Under the pieces are notes generated by a model, which did no database searches, was not told the DNA's origin, and worked only from the letters and a program-made list of their open reading frames with translations. This document shows, in pieces, positions 24,040 through 34,274 of a DNA stretch of 64,000 bases. Source of the DNA: Escherichia coli (lineage in GTDB: Bacteria > Pseudomonadota > Gammaproteobacteria > Enterobacterales > Enterobacteriaceae); the NCBI RefSeq assembly GCF_017348835.2, contig NZ_CP071375.1. The stretch is one strand, 5' to 3'. The position numbers and the translations under genes were made by a program. Position 1 is the stretch's first letter. Each line of letters opens with the position of its first letter.

Positions 24040-24870
24040 TTATTTAAGGCGTTTCTTTATCCCCTCAACGAATGCCTGCAACTCCTCCACCGTGCCATTA
24101 AATACATTAAAATCCACCGGACCATTGATGCCATCTACCTGTCCACGGTCGGAATGCTGCCAGAAGCGCCAGGCCATGCCGTCATTGTCCGGACGACGTT
24201 GATAGTAGTGCGCCACCCACCACGGATATTCATTGAAATAGCCCGCCAGATTGGTGTGATAAAAAACGGCTCCTGAGTAAATAATCGGCTTTTTTCCCGT
24301 ACTTTTTTCGACCATTTTTAGCCACTGACTTACCCGCTTGCGTAATTCTTTTGCCGATAATTTTCCCCGCTCTTCTACGTCCAGTACCGCAGGGAAATCG
24401 CCTTGTGAGAAATCCACCGTTTGCAGAAATAATCGCGCCTGAACCGGCGCTGCTACCGACGGGGAGAAATAATGATACGCCCCGCGCAGCAGGCCATTTT
24501 CGCGGCTTAGTTGCCAGTTACGCGAAAAATACGGGTCCACCAGCTTTTCGCCTTCCGTCGCCTTAATAAAAGCAAACTGTAAGCGGATACCGTTGTCGCG
24601 CATTTTTGCCACCCGCTGCCAGTCGATCCGCTCCTGCCAGCGCGAAACATCTATTCCGTGAATGGTGTAACTGGCAGGAATGCGAATAGCGAAAGATTTA
24701 ACCGGGCGATAACCGTAGAAGTGGATGTAGTCTTTAATCTGAATTGCTGTCGAATAGAAAAAATTCACCGTCTGACGCGGATAAATTGCAACGATGGAAA
24801 TTAGCCCAAGAGCGCATAATAGAGCGGTGAGTTTTTTTCGACTGGTAATGCTTAGCTGCATTGGTTTCAT
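24040..24870 (-). CDS. yegX: Glycoside hydrolase family 25 (lysozyme-like) protein YegX
   Basis: 276-aa ORF (true start may be a few codons downstream); GH25 muramidase-like sequence. Confidence 0.8.
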   Translation of the reverse strand: MKPMQLSITSRKKLTALLCALGLISIVAIYPRQTVNFFYSTAIQIKDYIHFYGYRPVKSFAIRIPASYTIHGIDVSRWQERIDWQRVAKMRDNGIRLQFAFIKATEGEKLVDPYFSRNWQLSRENGLLRGAYHYFSPSVAAPVQARLFLQTVDFSQGDFPAVLDVEERGKLSAKELRKRVSQWLKMVEKSTGKKPIIYSGAVFYHTNLAGYFNEYPWWVAHYYQRRPDNDGMAWRFWQHSDRGQVDGINGPVDFNVFNGTVEELQAFVEGIKKRLK

Positions 24871-24925
24871 CCCTGAATGTCAGTGCCAAAGGCTGACAAT
24901 AACCAAAGCAGCTATAGTACGGTGC

Positions 24926-25726
24926 TCACCACCAGGCGTGGAAGTGGTGAACCGGACCAATACCGTGACCAACTTCCAGCGTGTCGGCCTGTGCTAACGC
25001 CGATGAAAGCCAGCTTTTTGCCTCCTGTACGGTGTCAGCCCAGTTTGTATGGCGCGGGCGTAGTGCAGCCAACGCCGCAGAGAGCGTACAACCAGTGCCG
25101 TGGGTGTTTTTGGTCATAATGCGCGGTGCAGTAAATCGTTGTTCTCCCTCACGAGTAAACAGCCAGTCCGGGCTTTGTTCAGCATCCAGATGACCACCTT
25201 TCATTAGCACTGCGCCACAGCCCATCGCCAACAGCGATCGCCCTTGTTCCAGCATTTCCTGTTCGGTGCGCGCGTGTGGCGCGTCGAGCAAGGCGGCTGC
25301 TTCGGGCAAGTTTGGCGTTATTAATGAAACCTGTGGCAATAATCGACTGCGTAGCGTGGCAACTGCCGAGGGTGAAAGCAGTGGGTCGCCGCTTTTTGCC
25401 AGCATAACGGTGTCGAGTACCACGTTTTGGATCTGATAACGTTGCAACCGTTCTGCCACCGCTTCAACAATATCGGTTTCCGCCAACATACCGATTTTAG
25501 TGGTGTCGATTCGCACATCGCTGAACACCGAATCGAGCTGGGCAGCGACAAAATCAGGCTCAATGCGATACACCGACTGTACGCCACGGGTGTTTTGCGC
25601 CACCAGAGCAGTAATAACTGAGCAACCATAAGCGCCAAGTGCCGAGAAGGTTTTAAGATCGGCCTGAATCCCCGCACCACCACTCGGATCAGTACCGGCA
25701 ATCGTCAGAGCGTTAATTCGTTTCAT
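24926..25726 (-). CDS. thiD: Hydroxymethylpyrimidine/phosphomethylpyrimidine kinase ThiD (266 aa)
   Basis: 266-aa ORF; PfkB-like HMP kinase; overlaps thiM stop. Confidence 0.92.
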   Translation of the reverse strand: MKRINALTIAGTDPSGGAGIQADLKTFSALGAYGCSVITALVAQNTRGVQSVYRIEPDFVAAQLDSVFSDVRIDTTKIGMLAETDIVEAVAERLQRYQIQNVVLDTVMLAKSGDPLLSPSAVATLRSRLLPQVSLITPNLPEAAALLDAPHARTEQEMLEQGRSLLAMGCGAVLMKGGHLDAEQSPDWLFTREGEQRFTAPRIMTKNTHGTGCTLSAALAALRPRHTNWADTVQEAKSWLSSALAQADTLEVGHGIGPVHHFHAWW

Positions 25727-26511
25727 GCCTGCACCTCCTGCGTCAATTGCCAGAGCGCATCAAGGAAATGTGGAACAAAACTGCCTGGCCCCTCGCTTCT
25801 GGCGACTGCGCGTTCTCCGGCTTGTTTCATCCAGTGACAGGCAGATGCGACATTTTCCAGCGTATCGCCTGGTAACGCACAGCAGGCAGCGACAACCGCC
25901 GATAATGCACAGCCAGTTCCTACCACTTTGGTCATTAACGGATCGCCACCGTGAATACCAATGATACGATGTCCATCGGTAACATAATCCATCTCTCCAG
26001 TGACCACGACGATTGCGCCGGTTTCCCGTGCCAGTGTTTGTGCAGCGGGTATCGCGTTAGCTGCGGCGTCAGTGGTATCCACTCCCCGTCCGCCATTAGC
26101 AATGCCAGCTAATGCCATGATTTCCGAAGCATTACCACGTATCGCTGCCGGTTTAAAAGATAAAAGTTCATGACAAAAATGGCGGCGATAATCGAGCGCA
26201 CCAACCGCTACTGGATCAAGCGTCCAGGGTGTTTGAGAGCTTTTTGCTTGCTCAACGGCAGCACGCATCGCCTGTGCGCGTGGCTGCGTCAGTGTGCCAA
26301 CGTTAATCAACAAGGCACTGGCGATAGCCGCAAACTGACTGGCCTCTTCGGTTTCGATAACCATCGCTGGCGATGCACCGAGCGCCAGCAAGGTATTGGC
26401 AGTAAAGGTTTGCACCACATCGTTGGTCATGCAGTGCACAAGAGGGGAATGTTGGTGAAAAAGGTGTAACGTGTGCGCAGATTGCGCGGAACTCAGCAGG
26501 TCGACTTGCAT
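25723..26511 (-). CDS. thiM: Hydroxyethylthiazole kinase ThiM (262 aa)
   Basis: 262-aa ORF directly downstream of the thi-box riboswitch. Confidence 0.92.
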   Translation of the reverse strand: MQVDLLSSAQSAHTLHLFHQHSPLVHCMTNDVVQTFTANTLLALGASPAMVIETEEASQFAAIASALLINVGTLTQPRAQAMRAAVEQAKSSQTPWTLDPVAVGALDYRRHFCHELLSFKPAAIRGNASEIMALAGIANGGRGVDTTDAAANAIPAAQTLARETGAIVVVTGEMDYVTDGHRIIGIHGGDPLMTKVVGTGCALSAVVAACCALPGDTLENVASACHWMKQAGERAVARSEGPGSFVPHFLDALWQLTQEVQA

Positions 26512-26645
26512 AGTTTGCTCCTGCCATAACGTGAAGAAGCAATGACCTGGTGGTCCGTGACTTCCCTACGCTGGCATTATCCAGATCAGGTGATACGGGT
26601 ATTTCTCAGCCTTCACGCAGAAGGGCACCCCGAGTCGTTTGGTTG
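26512..26645 (-). promoter_or_regulatory. TPP (thi-box) riboswitch in the thiM 5' leader
   Basis: Minus-strand sequence CGACTCGGGGTGCCCTTCTGCGTGAAGGCTGAGAAATACCCGTATCACCTGATCTGGATAATGCCAGCGTAGGGAAGTC followed by the SD-sequestering platform and ATG matches the classical thiM aptamer. Confidence 0.9.
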
Positions 26646-26733
26646 CGATGATAAATCGCAGAGGAGGATGGTAATGTCCAGCGCACCCGTTGTAAACGAG
26701 GAAAAACGGCAGTTTTACAATCGCGTTAATAAA

Positions 26734-27006
26734 TTATTTGATATATGAATCCAGCACCTTCAGAACGACATCCAGATCTTCTTCACGTTTTAGCTCATCC
26801 CCCTGGTGAACGATGTGTTCAGTTAGATGACCTTTAATCACTTCCCGCATCAGACCGTTTACCGCGCCACGGATAGCAGCAATCTGTTGTAAAACTGCAG
26901 CGCATTCGTGCGGCTCGTCGAGCATTTTCTTGAGCGCCACGACCTGGCCCTGAATCTTACTGGCACGTGCTTTCAGTTTCTGTTTATCACGGATTGTATG
27001 AGACAT
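26734..27006 (-). CDS. rcnR: Ni/Co-responsive repressor RcnR (90 aa), CsoR/RcnR family
   Basis: 90-aa ORF with CsoR/RcnR-family metal-ligand residues; divergent from rcnA. Confidence 0.9.
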
Positions 27007-27054
27007 GGCAACACCTGGTTAACAAGAACATGAAAAATCATAGCACTATTAATC

Positions 27055-27069
27055 TACTGGGGGGTAGTA
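27055..27069. promoter_or_regulatory. RcnR operator site 1 (TACT-G6-N-AGTA)
   Basis: TACTGGGGGGTAGTA in the rcnR-rcnA divergent intergenic region. Confidence 0.8.
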
Positions 27070-27074
27070 TCAGG

Positions 27075-27089
27075 TACTGGGGGGGAGTA
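27075..27089. promoter_or_regulatory. RcnR operator site 2 (TACT-G6-N-AGTA)
   Basis: TACTGGGGGGGAGTA, 5 bp downstream of site 1. Confidence 0.8.
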
Positions 27090-27126
27090 GAATCAGATTG
27101 CCGAATTAATACTAAGAATTATTATC

Positions 27127-27951
27127 ATGACCGAATTTACAACTCTTCTTCAGCAAGGAAACGCCTGGTTCTTCATCCCCAGCGCCATCTTACTTGGTGC
27201 GCTTCATGGCCTGGAACCAGGGCACTCAAAAACGATGATGGCGGCGTTTATCATCGCCATCAAAGGCACCATTAAACAGGCGGTGATGCTCGGACTGGCA
27301 GCAACCATTTCGCATACCGCAGTGGTCTGGTTGATTGCCTTTGGCGGGATGGTGATCAGCAAGCGCTTTACTGCTCAATCAGCAGAACCGTGGCTCCAGT
27401 TGATTTCCGCAGTGATCATTATTGGCACCGCGTTCTGGATGTTCTGGCGTACCTGGCGCGGCGAACGCAACTGGCTGGAGAATATGCACGAGCATGATCA
27501 TGAGCATCATCACCACGATCACGAAGATCACCACGACCAAGGACATCATCACCATCACGAACATGGCGAGTATCAGGATGCCCATGCACGAGCCCATGCC
27601 AATGACATTAAACGACGCTTTGATGGTAGAGAGGTCACCAACTGGCAAATTTTGCTATTTGGCTTAACCGGTGGCCTTATCCCCTGCCCGGCAGCAATTA
27701 CCGTGCTGTTGATTTGCATTCAGTTGAAAGCCCTGACACTGGGCGCAACACTGGTCGTCAGTTTCAGCATTGGCCTGGCGTTAACGCTTGTCACCGTAGG
27801 CGTTGGCGCAGCAATCAGCGTTCAGCAGGTCGCAAAACGCTGGAGCGGATTTAACACTCTCGCTAAACGCGCCCCCTATTTTTCCAGTCTGTTGATTGGC
27901 TTAGTTGGTGTGTATATGGGCGTACATGGCTTCATGGGCATAATGCGATAA
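27127..27951 (+). CDS. rcnA: Ni/Co efflux protein RcnA (274 aa) with histidine-rich loop
   Basis: Membrane protein with central His/Asp/Glu-rich tract (HEHDHEHHHHDHEDHHDQGHHHHHEH). Confidence 0.92.
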   Translation: MTEFTTLLQQGNAWFFIPSAILLGALHGLEPGHSKTMMAAFIIAIKGTIKQAVMLGLAATISHTAVVWLIAFGGMVISKRFTAQSAEPWLQLISAVIIIGTAFWMFWRTWRGERNWLENMHEHDHEHHHHDHEDHHDQGHHHHHEHGEYQDAHARAHANDIKRRFDGREVTNWQILLFGLTGGLIPCPAAITVLLICIQLKALTLGATLVVSFSIGLALTLVTVGVGAAISVQQVAKRWSGFNTLAKRAPYFSSLLIGLVGVYMGVHGFMGIMR

Positions 27952-28169
27952 CTCAATCCTTTAGGCTTGCATGTTATCTTCAGCCCAGGATGATTCTTAA
28001 ATCAGCTATTTCCGCAGACTCTCTGCTCGCTAAGGATGCTTTTAGGGCATCCTTTCATTTACACTTTTTACGAAATCATGGGATCACTAACAAAATATCG
28101 CTTGTCAGTTATATTGTATGGCAGGAAAGATATGCGACTGATATTACAGATCCCCAAAGTGGAGAGTTT

Positions 28170-28508
28170 ATGACCATTCAAAATAAGATGTTGCTGGGTG
28201 TGCTTTTGCTAGTTACCAGTGCCGCCTGGGCCGCACCAGCCACCGCGGGTTCGACCAATACCTCGGGAATTTCTAAGTATGAGTTAAGCAGTTTCATTGC
28301 TGACTTTAAGCATTTCAAACCAGGCGATACCGTCCCAGAGATGTACCGCACCGATGAGTACAACATTAAGCAGTGGCAGTTACGTAACCTGCCCGCACCT
28401 GATGCCGGGACGCACTGGACCTATATGGGTGGCGCGTACGTGTTGATCAGCGACACCGACGGTAAAATCATTAAAGCCTACGACGGTGAGATTTTTTATC
28501 ATCGCTAA
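28170..28508 (+). CDS. rcnB: Periplasmic Ni/Co homeostasis protein RcnB (YohN), 112 aa
   Basis: Start assigned to the ATG preceded by GGAGAG; signal peptide; the 172-aa track ORF is an upstream in-frame extension without RBS. Confidence 0.85.
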   Translation: MTIQNKMLLGVLLLVTSAAWAAPATAGSTNTSGISKYELSSFIADFKHFKPGDTVPEMYRTDEYNIKQWQLRNLPAPDAGTHWTYMGGAYVLISDTDGKIIKAYDGEIFYHR

Positions 28509-28514
28509 AAAAAG

Positions 28515-28533
28515 CCCCCTCATCATGAGGGGG
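28515..28533. terminator. Hairpin between convergent rcnB and yehA (8-bp stem CCCCCTCA/TGAGGGGG), bidirectional terminator candidate
   Basis: Perfect inverted repeat flanked by an A-run on the left, which gives a U-run for the minus-strand yehA transcript. Confidence 0.6.
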
Positions 28534-28589
28534 AAATGCAGACATCTTGTTATTTTTTATTATTAGCCACTTGCTCGTCTTGCTTGTTA

Positions 28590-29624
28590 TTAGTCGTATT
28601 TCACGTTGATTAGTGCGGTTGCCTGTAGTGCGCCAGATTTAACTTTGTTTGTATCGTAGACGTAGTAACTGGCTGTTATCGGAATTGAAACCGTTGTATC
28701 TGTAAGTTTTGACTTTGCCGCAATTTCTTTTAAATTTGTGTATCCTTTACTGCTGTTAGTGATATTTAAAAGTGTGACTGGCGAACCATTACTTTCAAGA
28801 ATAAATCCTACGCCATTATCTTCCGCACCTTTCAGTATTGTGTTGCTGTTGGTTAACAAGTCAGAACTTGATAAATACACCTGCATTTTCCGTGATGTTT
28901 GATTTTGTTGACCTAATAAATTTTTACAACGCAGAATAATATCCTCTTTTTTACTATTTATTGTTGCTTTGTTACCTGTCGCTGGTAATTGTGAAACGGG
29001 AATACTGTCTAAAGTAATTAATAAATCGTCCGGTTTGCAGGTTGTGGTTATCGGGTTGTATGACAATGTCAGATTAAAGGAATAGACACCTGCATTTTGT
29101 GCCAATGCATTTCTGTAGCTATTTACACATGCATCCCATGACTTACCACCTAATAAACACAGTAGAAATTGTACTGCGGCACTCCCGCGTGTCGATGATG
29201 AAGCACTGGATAATGTCGCAACTCCATTAATCATCACTGAACCGCCGCCCCCCGCAGAAACATTCACTTTTGCATTACTAGCCGCAGGTGTCACCGTTAC
29301 CGAATAACCACTGGTGAAACTGGTCTGATTATTTGACAACGTGATGTTGTTTTTATTGGTCCATTCAAAATGTAAATTTAATTTAATGGTATCGTTATAA
29401 AGTCCAACAATAATATCCGACGGGCTCATAGGGGTGATAGTATTTGTACTCACGCATGACGAATCATTAAAATTATGCTCATAGGTCGCCATTTGTGTTT
29501 GAGTAAGTGCAAAATCCCCCTGAACAACCAAGTTGTGCTGAACAGATAACTCACTATAACATGCTGCATAGCTCACTGGCATAACCATCATCATTAATAT
29601 AAATAGCATTATGCGAATTTTCAT
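28590..29624 (-). CDS. yehA: Fimbrial adhesin-like protein YehA (344 aa)
   Basis: Signal peptide; Ser/Thr/Asn-rich fimbrial-type sequence; last gene of the yehDCBA chaperone-usher operon. Confidence 0.85.
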   Translation of the reverse strand: MKIRIMLFILMMMVMPVSYAACYSELSVQHNLVVQGDFALTQTQMATYEHNFNDSSCVSTNTITPMSPSDIIVGLYNDTIKLNLHFEWTNKNNITLSNNQTSFTSGYSVTVTPAASNAKVNVSAGGGGSVMINGVATLSSASSSTRGSAAVQFLLCLLGGKSWDACVNSYRNALAQNAGVYSFNLTLSYNPITTTCKPDDLLITLDSIPVSQLPATGNKATINSKKEDIILRCKNLLGQQNQTSRKMQVYLSSSDLLTNSNTILKGAEDNGVGFILESNGSPVTLLNITNSSKGYTNLKEIAAKSKLTDTTVSIPITASYYVYDTNKVKSGALQATALINVKYD

Positions 29625-29639
29625 AGAACCACCTGACTA

Positions 29640-32120
29640 TTACTGGCAAATATAATTTCTACTTTCATCAATCTCTTTACCGAAGATGATTGTGCATGAA
29701 AGTCCTTGTTGCTTATTAATTGCCACATTAACCGATGGCGGTACTTCATTGGTGCGAATAAATAACTGACTTCCCTGGCCGACAACGCCAATATTATGAC
29801 CGTGGATATCATTGACTTCATAACCAAACGTTAATGGTTGCCCATCCGCTCTTAACGCTTTTATAAACCAAGGCTTGCGCTGATCGGTATCAAAATTGAC
29901 CAGTACAACCGCGCCGCGATAAGGTGCGGCAATTTTCCGGTTACCGCGCAATTCTGCTTCGCTATCGCTTTGCGACACATCCAGCATCAGGTGATTTTCC
30001 CGATAAGGTGTCATTCCGTCGTATACCACCACTCCATTACGGTTTGTTGTGCGATATTTTTGCCCATTGACATAAGCATCTTTAATTCCTGGTGCATTCA
30101 TCACAGCAAACGTTTCGGAAAGACGGTTCGCCAGATTAACGCCACCCGACCAGGCGACAATGCCCCCTGAAACACTGGCTCCAGCCTGTCGATAAGTACT
30201 CGACTGACTATAACTGCCATTCACTGTTGCCACCGGCGCGTTCCAGGTTAAATTCGCTCCAGCTGTCGTTTCATTTCCCTGATGTTGATGACTCAGGTTG
30301 ACGCCATAATTGAACTGATCCCGACTCCCTACTGTTCCTGATAATCCCGTATTATTTGAGGCAAAACCCTGATCATCAAACGTCGTTGAGTTAGACATAT
30401 ATATTTGCCGACGAGGCGTCGTAACGTCATCACCCCAATCAAAGGGAATCGATATAAAAATATTAAAACGTTTCTCTTCATGATGATTCTCGTCATACGC
30501 CTGGCTTGCCGCGAGGGTATAGCTTATCCGTCGCAGGTTGTTGGAATAACTCAACTGATAATCCTTACTGCTGCCACTACGCCCCCAGTAATCTCGCCAT
30601 AACGTACTTAATGACACAGACCCCCAGCCTTCTGGCAATGACTGGCTCATATTGGCAGAAAAGCTATTTTTACGGCCAAAATCGTTCTGGTAATAATCGG
30701 CAATGTCATAGATATCGTTTTCATCACGGCGATAATTATCTTTATTGTTTGCCCAAACGTGATCGTTAAATGTCCGGTAATCACGCGACGAATAACGCCA
30801 GGCCGCCAGACCAAAACGCGTCGACCTTTGGCTCACAAATTTGTTGTAGGCAATTTGATAACTTTGCCCGTCAAACACATCGCCGTTGTCTTGTTTACTA
30901 TGCGACTTCGTGGCATCGACGGAAATTGCGCCAATGCGCGTGTTCCAACCTGTTCCGAGGGTAAACGCATAGTAATTATTAGCAACCATCGTGCCGCCAT
31001 ACAGCGTCAATAAGTTATTAAAACCATACTGATAACCTGCCTGGACAAAATCACTTTGCTTGCTCGCACCTTCAATATGACTACGGCCCGCTGCAAAATC
31101 ATATTTTGATACGCCAGGTTGCAACATATTAGGTACTGCCGCATAAGGCACCAGATAGGTGGTTACCGAACCGTCCGCCTCTTTCACGCTGACATCAAGA
31201 TCTGCTCCACCACCGGCCAACTGCAAATCTGTAATCGCAAACGGGCCAGGAGGAACCTCTTTCTGATAAACCACAAAACCGTTCTGTTCAATAGTTACCA
31301 GCGCGTTACTCTGAGCAATCCCCTGCACCCGTGGCGTAAAATTTTGTTTCGAGTTAGGCAACATCTGCATATCACGAAACAACCGCACACCGCTGAAGCG
31401 AACAGAATCAAAAATATCGCTTGATGTGTACATATCACCCACGCGAAGCGTGCCGAGAAGTTGGGCAAATCCACGTTCCAGATACAGGGTATTGCTTTTC
31501 CACGCCCCTGGATTGTTATTTGTTTTACTGAAACTGGCATCAGAATGCAGTTGCCACCCCAGTAAATTTAACCCGCTGTTAAAACGTACATATGTACTCT
31601 TACTATTACCCGACGCTTTATAGTCGCTGTAATACTGACTTACGTAATAAGACGTATAAAACGCATTGATTCCCCGCTCCCAGTTTTCTGGCGGAACGTA
31701 ACCATTTTCCAGCTCTTCAACCCAGGCTTGCGGAACAGCGAGATCCAAACGAAAAATCCCAATATCCCAGGAGTAGCTTCCGCCCTGAACAAGTTGCTCA
31801 AATGTTAAACACTGATTTTCGCATGCAAAATTATCGCTATTTATACCTAACCGCTTTACAATTTCACGCGTCAGGCAAGTTTCATGTGGGTTATCTTTGA
31901 CGATAATCTCATATTTTCCACGCCATTGTTTATTGACATAAATATCAATGTCGTACTGCCCAGGTAAAGGCTGATTATCATCAAGACGCAAATTTGTTAC
32001 TTGCTCACCTTTCATTCCTCCCATCATAAAATGGGTGTCAAAGGTTTCTTCTGCTGCATGTGCTTCAATGCCGAGCAATAACGCGACTATTGCTGATGCA
32101 AGCGGGGTCATTCTCAACAT
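29640..32120 (-). CDS. yehB: Outer-membrane fimbrial usher YehB
   Basis: About 826 aa from MLRMTPLASA; usher family beta-barrel sequence. Confidence 0.9.
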   Translation of the reverse strand: MLRMTPLASAIVALLLGIEAHAAEETFDTHFMMGGMKGEQVTNLRLDDNQPLPGQYDIDIYVNKQWRGKYEIIVKDNPHETCLTREIVKRLGINSDNFACENQCLTFEQLVQGGSYSWDIGIFRLDLAVPQAWVEELENGYVPPENWERGINAFYTSYYVSQYYSDYKASGNSKSTYVRFNSGLNLLGWQLHSDASFSKTNNNPGAWKSNTLYLERGFAQLLGTLRVGDMYTSSDIFDSVRFSGVRLFRDMQMLPNSKQNFTPRVQGIAQSNALVTIEQNGFVVYQKEVPPGPFAITDLQLAGGGADLDVSVKEADGSVTTYLVPYAAVPNMLQPGVSKYDFAAGRSHIEGASKQSDFVQAGYQYGFNNLLTLYGGTMVANNYYAFTLGTGWNTRIGAISVDATKSHSKQDNGDVFDGQSYQIAYNKFVSQRSTRFGLAAWRYSSRDYRTFNDHVWANNKDNYRRDENDIYDIADYYQNDFGRKNSFSANMSQSLPEGWGSVSLSTLWRDYWGRSGSSKDYQLSYSNNLRRISYTLAASQAYDENHHEEKRFNIFISIPFDWGDDVTTPRRQIYMSNSTTFDDQGFASNNTGLSGTVGSRDQFNYGVNLSHQHQGNETTAGANLTWNAPVATVNGSYSQSSTYRQAGASVSGGIVAWSGGVNLANRLSETFAVMNAPGIKDAYVNGQKYRTTNRNGVVVYDGMTPYRENHLMLDVSQSDSEAELRGNRKIAAPYRGAVVLVNFDTDQRKPWFIKALRADGQPLTFGYEVNDIHGHNIGVVGQGSQLFIRTNEVPPSVNVAINKQQGLSCTIIFGKEIDESRNYICQ

Positions 32121-32135
32121 AGGCAGCTCCTGCAA

Positions 32136-32810
32136 TTAAATTTTGTCACTAATATAGTTGCCGTGATCATCGATAATGGTCAGTTGCCAGCCATTCGCAT
32201 TATTATTTTTTACACTAACATTCTGACTTTCTTGTGGTGCAATCATGATTGTTTCATAATTCACTTTGACGTTATTAGCCTTAACATCAGAAATCGTTAC
32301 CCAATTTGGCGAGTCATTTTTTATGACTACGTTATTACCGCTACGACTCACTCGTAATTTTTTAAAAGTCGTTTTATTTACCGGAGCAATACCAGCAGGA
32401 CGGTAAAACAACTTGATTCTGTTTTGCATGGCAAATTTTAACGCATTCTTTCCTTCATCTTCTGGGCTATTCGGTGGAATATCCAGAACATTAAGATAAA
32501 AAATACTTTCCTTATTACTGGGTAATTTATTAGGCATGATTTTAATTTTTATTTGTTGCCCAGAATTGGCCGCTACTTTCACTACTGGTGGCGTTAACAT
32601 GAAAGGAACCTGAATCTTTTCTGGCGGCAGAGACGTGTCGCCATCATCAATCCACGCCTGCATCAGCGAAGAGCGGTTTCCCTGATTCATCAGTTGTACC
32701 ATGACCTCTTTCTGCTCTGCCGGGTAAATGATACGGGTCCCGAAAATAACCATTCCGGCATGCACGGGGAATATCATAGAAGAGATGAGTAAAGATAATA
32801 ACCCTTTCAT
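32136..32810 (-). CDS. yehC: Periplasmic fimbrial chaperone YehC
   Basis: PapD-like chaperone; start assigned to MKGLLSLL with signal peptide. Confidence 0.88.
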   Translation of the reverse strand: MKGLLSLLISSMIFPVHAGMVIFGTRIIYPAEQKEVMVQLMNQGNRSSLMQAWIDDGDTSLPPEKIQVPFMLTPPVVKVAANSGQQIKIKIMPNKLPSNKESIFYLNVLDIPPNSPEDEGKNALKFAMQNRIKLFYRPAGIAPVNKTTFKKLRVSRSGNNVVIKNDSPNWVTISDVKANNVKVNYETIMIAPQESQNVSVKNNNANGWQLTIIDDHGNYISDKI

Positions 32811-32897
32811 CTTAATGCCTCTTATATTTATGCTGGCCGCCATGAATATGGCGGCCATTTTAACTTACTGAAAAAACAAGATGATTATTTTAAATAT

Positions 32898-33440
32898 TTA
32901 ATCCTGGGCAACACGCATAACCAATGAAGAGTTAACAGTACCAGATGCAACACCACTGTCAGTCAACTTCAGATATTTTGCCTTAAACGGTATTGCATAT
33001 TGTCCATCAGCAGTTTTATAACTTTCAATATTAAATGGTGCGGAAATATCCAGTACGTCACTGCTATCTCCCAAATAGAGATAGTATCCAACTGTGTCAT
33101 TACTACTGGATATTGCCTTATCATTACCAAGAATTTTCTCGTTGGTGATCAACGAAAGTTTTACGCCATCAATAGTCTTCGGACAAGTAATTTTCAGCAT
33201 ACTGCTGGTTACACCAACCGCGCCATCATAAGTTGAATATTTCGCTTTACCATCAAATACAGTGGTGGGTACAGTCGGCATATTAATACTGACTGAATCA
33301 CCGCCAGCGACAAATGTACATGGTGATTCAGCAATATTACCTTTAATGGTTAAAGTTCCGGTATCTACTTCAGCAGCGAAAATACCAGCACTCATAAATA
33401 CAGAAGATAAGACAGCGACAGCAATAATTGAATGTTTCAT
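32898..33440 (-). CDS. yehD: Fimbrial major subunit-like protein YehD (180 aa)
   Basis: Signal peptide and fimbrial subunit C-terminal beta-strand motif. Confidence 0.88.
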   Translation of the reverse strand: MKHSIIAVAVLSSVFMSAGIFAAEVDTGTLTIKGNIAESPCTFVAGGDSVSINMPTVPTTVFDGKAKYSTYDGAVGVTSSMLKITCPKTIDGVKLSLITNEKILGNDKAISSSNDTVGYYLYLGDSSDVLDISAPFNIESYKTADGQYAIPFKAKYLKLTDSGVASGTVNSSLVMRVAQD

Positions 33441-33669
33441 GATGCATTCCTTAATAAGTTTATTTTGTTTTGTTAAGAGTCTGTATCTCTTGGAAACAAA
33501 TTTCTCACATCAAAAAGGTTGCCGCAATGTAAACATATTGTTTTGTTGATTTAAAACAAATTAACTAATGCGATATAAATACAACAAATGATTCGCTATA
33601 ACAAACATTTTTGAAACTGATTAATTACCGTAAATTACCGTAAATAACATTTATGGGATGAATAAAAAA

Positions 33670-33704
33670 GCCAAAATCATTCATAGGAATGATTTTGGCT
33701 TTTT
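33670..33704 (-). terminator. Hairpin (12-bp stem GCCAAAATCATT/AATGATTTTGGC) flanked by A/T runs, terminator downstream of yehE
   Basis: Perfect inverted repeat with T-run on both strands. Confidence 0.6.
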
Positions 33705-33731
33705 AAATATGCTTAAAACGGTGTTGGCAAA

Positions 33732-34013
33732 TTAATCGTAGCGATTTAACACGATTTTGCGTTTGTCGTTATTACCCACAGCTACCACTTCTGTCGTAAC
33801 GCCTTTTGCAGTAGAAGAAGCACGATAGTTGGTTTCAACTCGTTGTAACAACTGCCCACAACGTTGCTGAAGATGATTATTAACAACATCCATACTGCAT
33901 GTAGGGGAACTAATTCTGCCATTGATGGTTAATGTTGCAGTATCAGAAGAGAACGCGGGTGATGCTAGTCCATAAGCAAGAAAAACAGCTCCTGACAGCC
34001 AATACTTATTCAT
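33732..34013 (-). CDS. yehE: Uncharacterized secreted protein YehE (93 aa)
   Basis: 93-aa ORF with signal peptide; synteny upstream of yehD. Confidence 0.8.
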   Translation of the reverse strand: MNKYWLSGAVFLAYGLASPAFSSDTATLTINGRISSPTCSMDVVNNHLQQRCGQLLQRVETNYRASSTAKGVTTEVVAVGNNDKRKIVLNRYD

Positions 34014-34274
34014 TGAACGTTATCCCTGTAGTAAAGGTTATGCCTGGATAGAATGAGTGCATAACAAACTATAGCTGTACATCCACTACACAGCACGAAG
34101 GATGATAATGAAGCATTGCCTGTACGATCAATCGACTTTGTAGAGTTTCGGACGAAGGTCCGCAGAATATTCGCAGTATTAAATAAGTGTTCATTAATGC
34201 GGCAAAAACAAATACACCGCATCAATGTAACATCTCTGCGGTGTATGAAGAATAACCAGAATGGTTAATAGGCG

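Noticed and set aside
26542-26748. 68-aa plus-strand ORF between thiM and rcnR
   Set aside because: Overlaps the thiM TPP riboswitch on the opposite strand and the rcnR 3' end; no RBS.
27379-27648. 89-aa minus-strand ORF antisense to the rcnA histidine-rich region
   Set aside because: Produced by the low-complexity His-codon tract read in reverse (Met/Val/Ile-rich nonsense); overlapped by rcnA.
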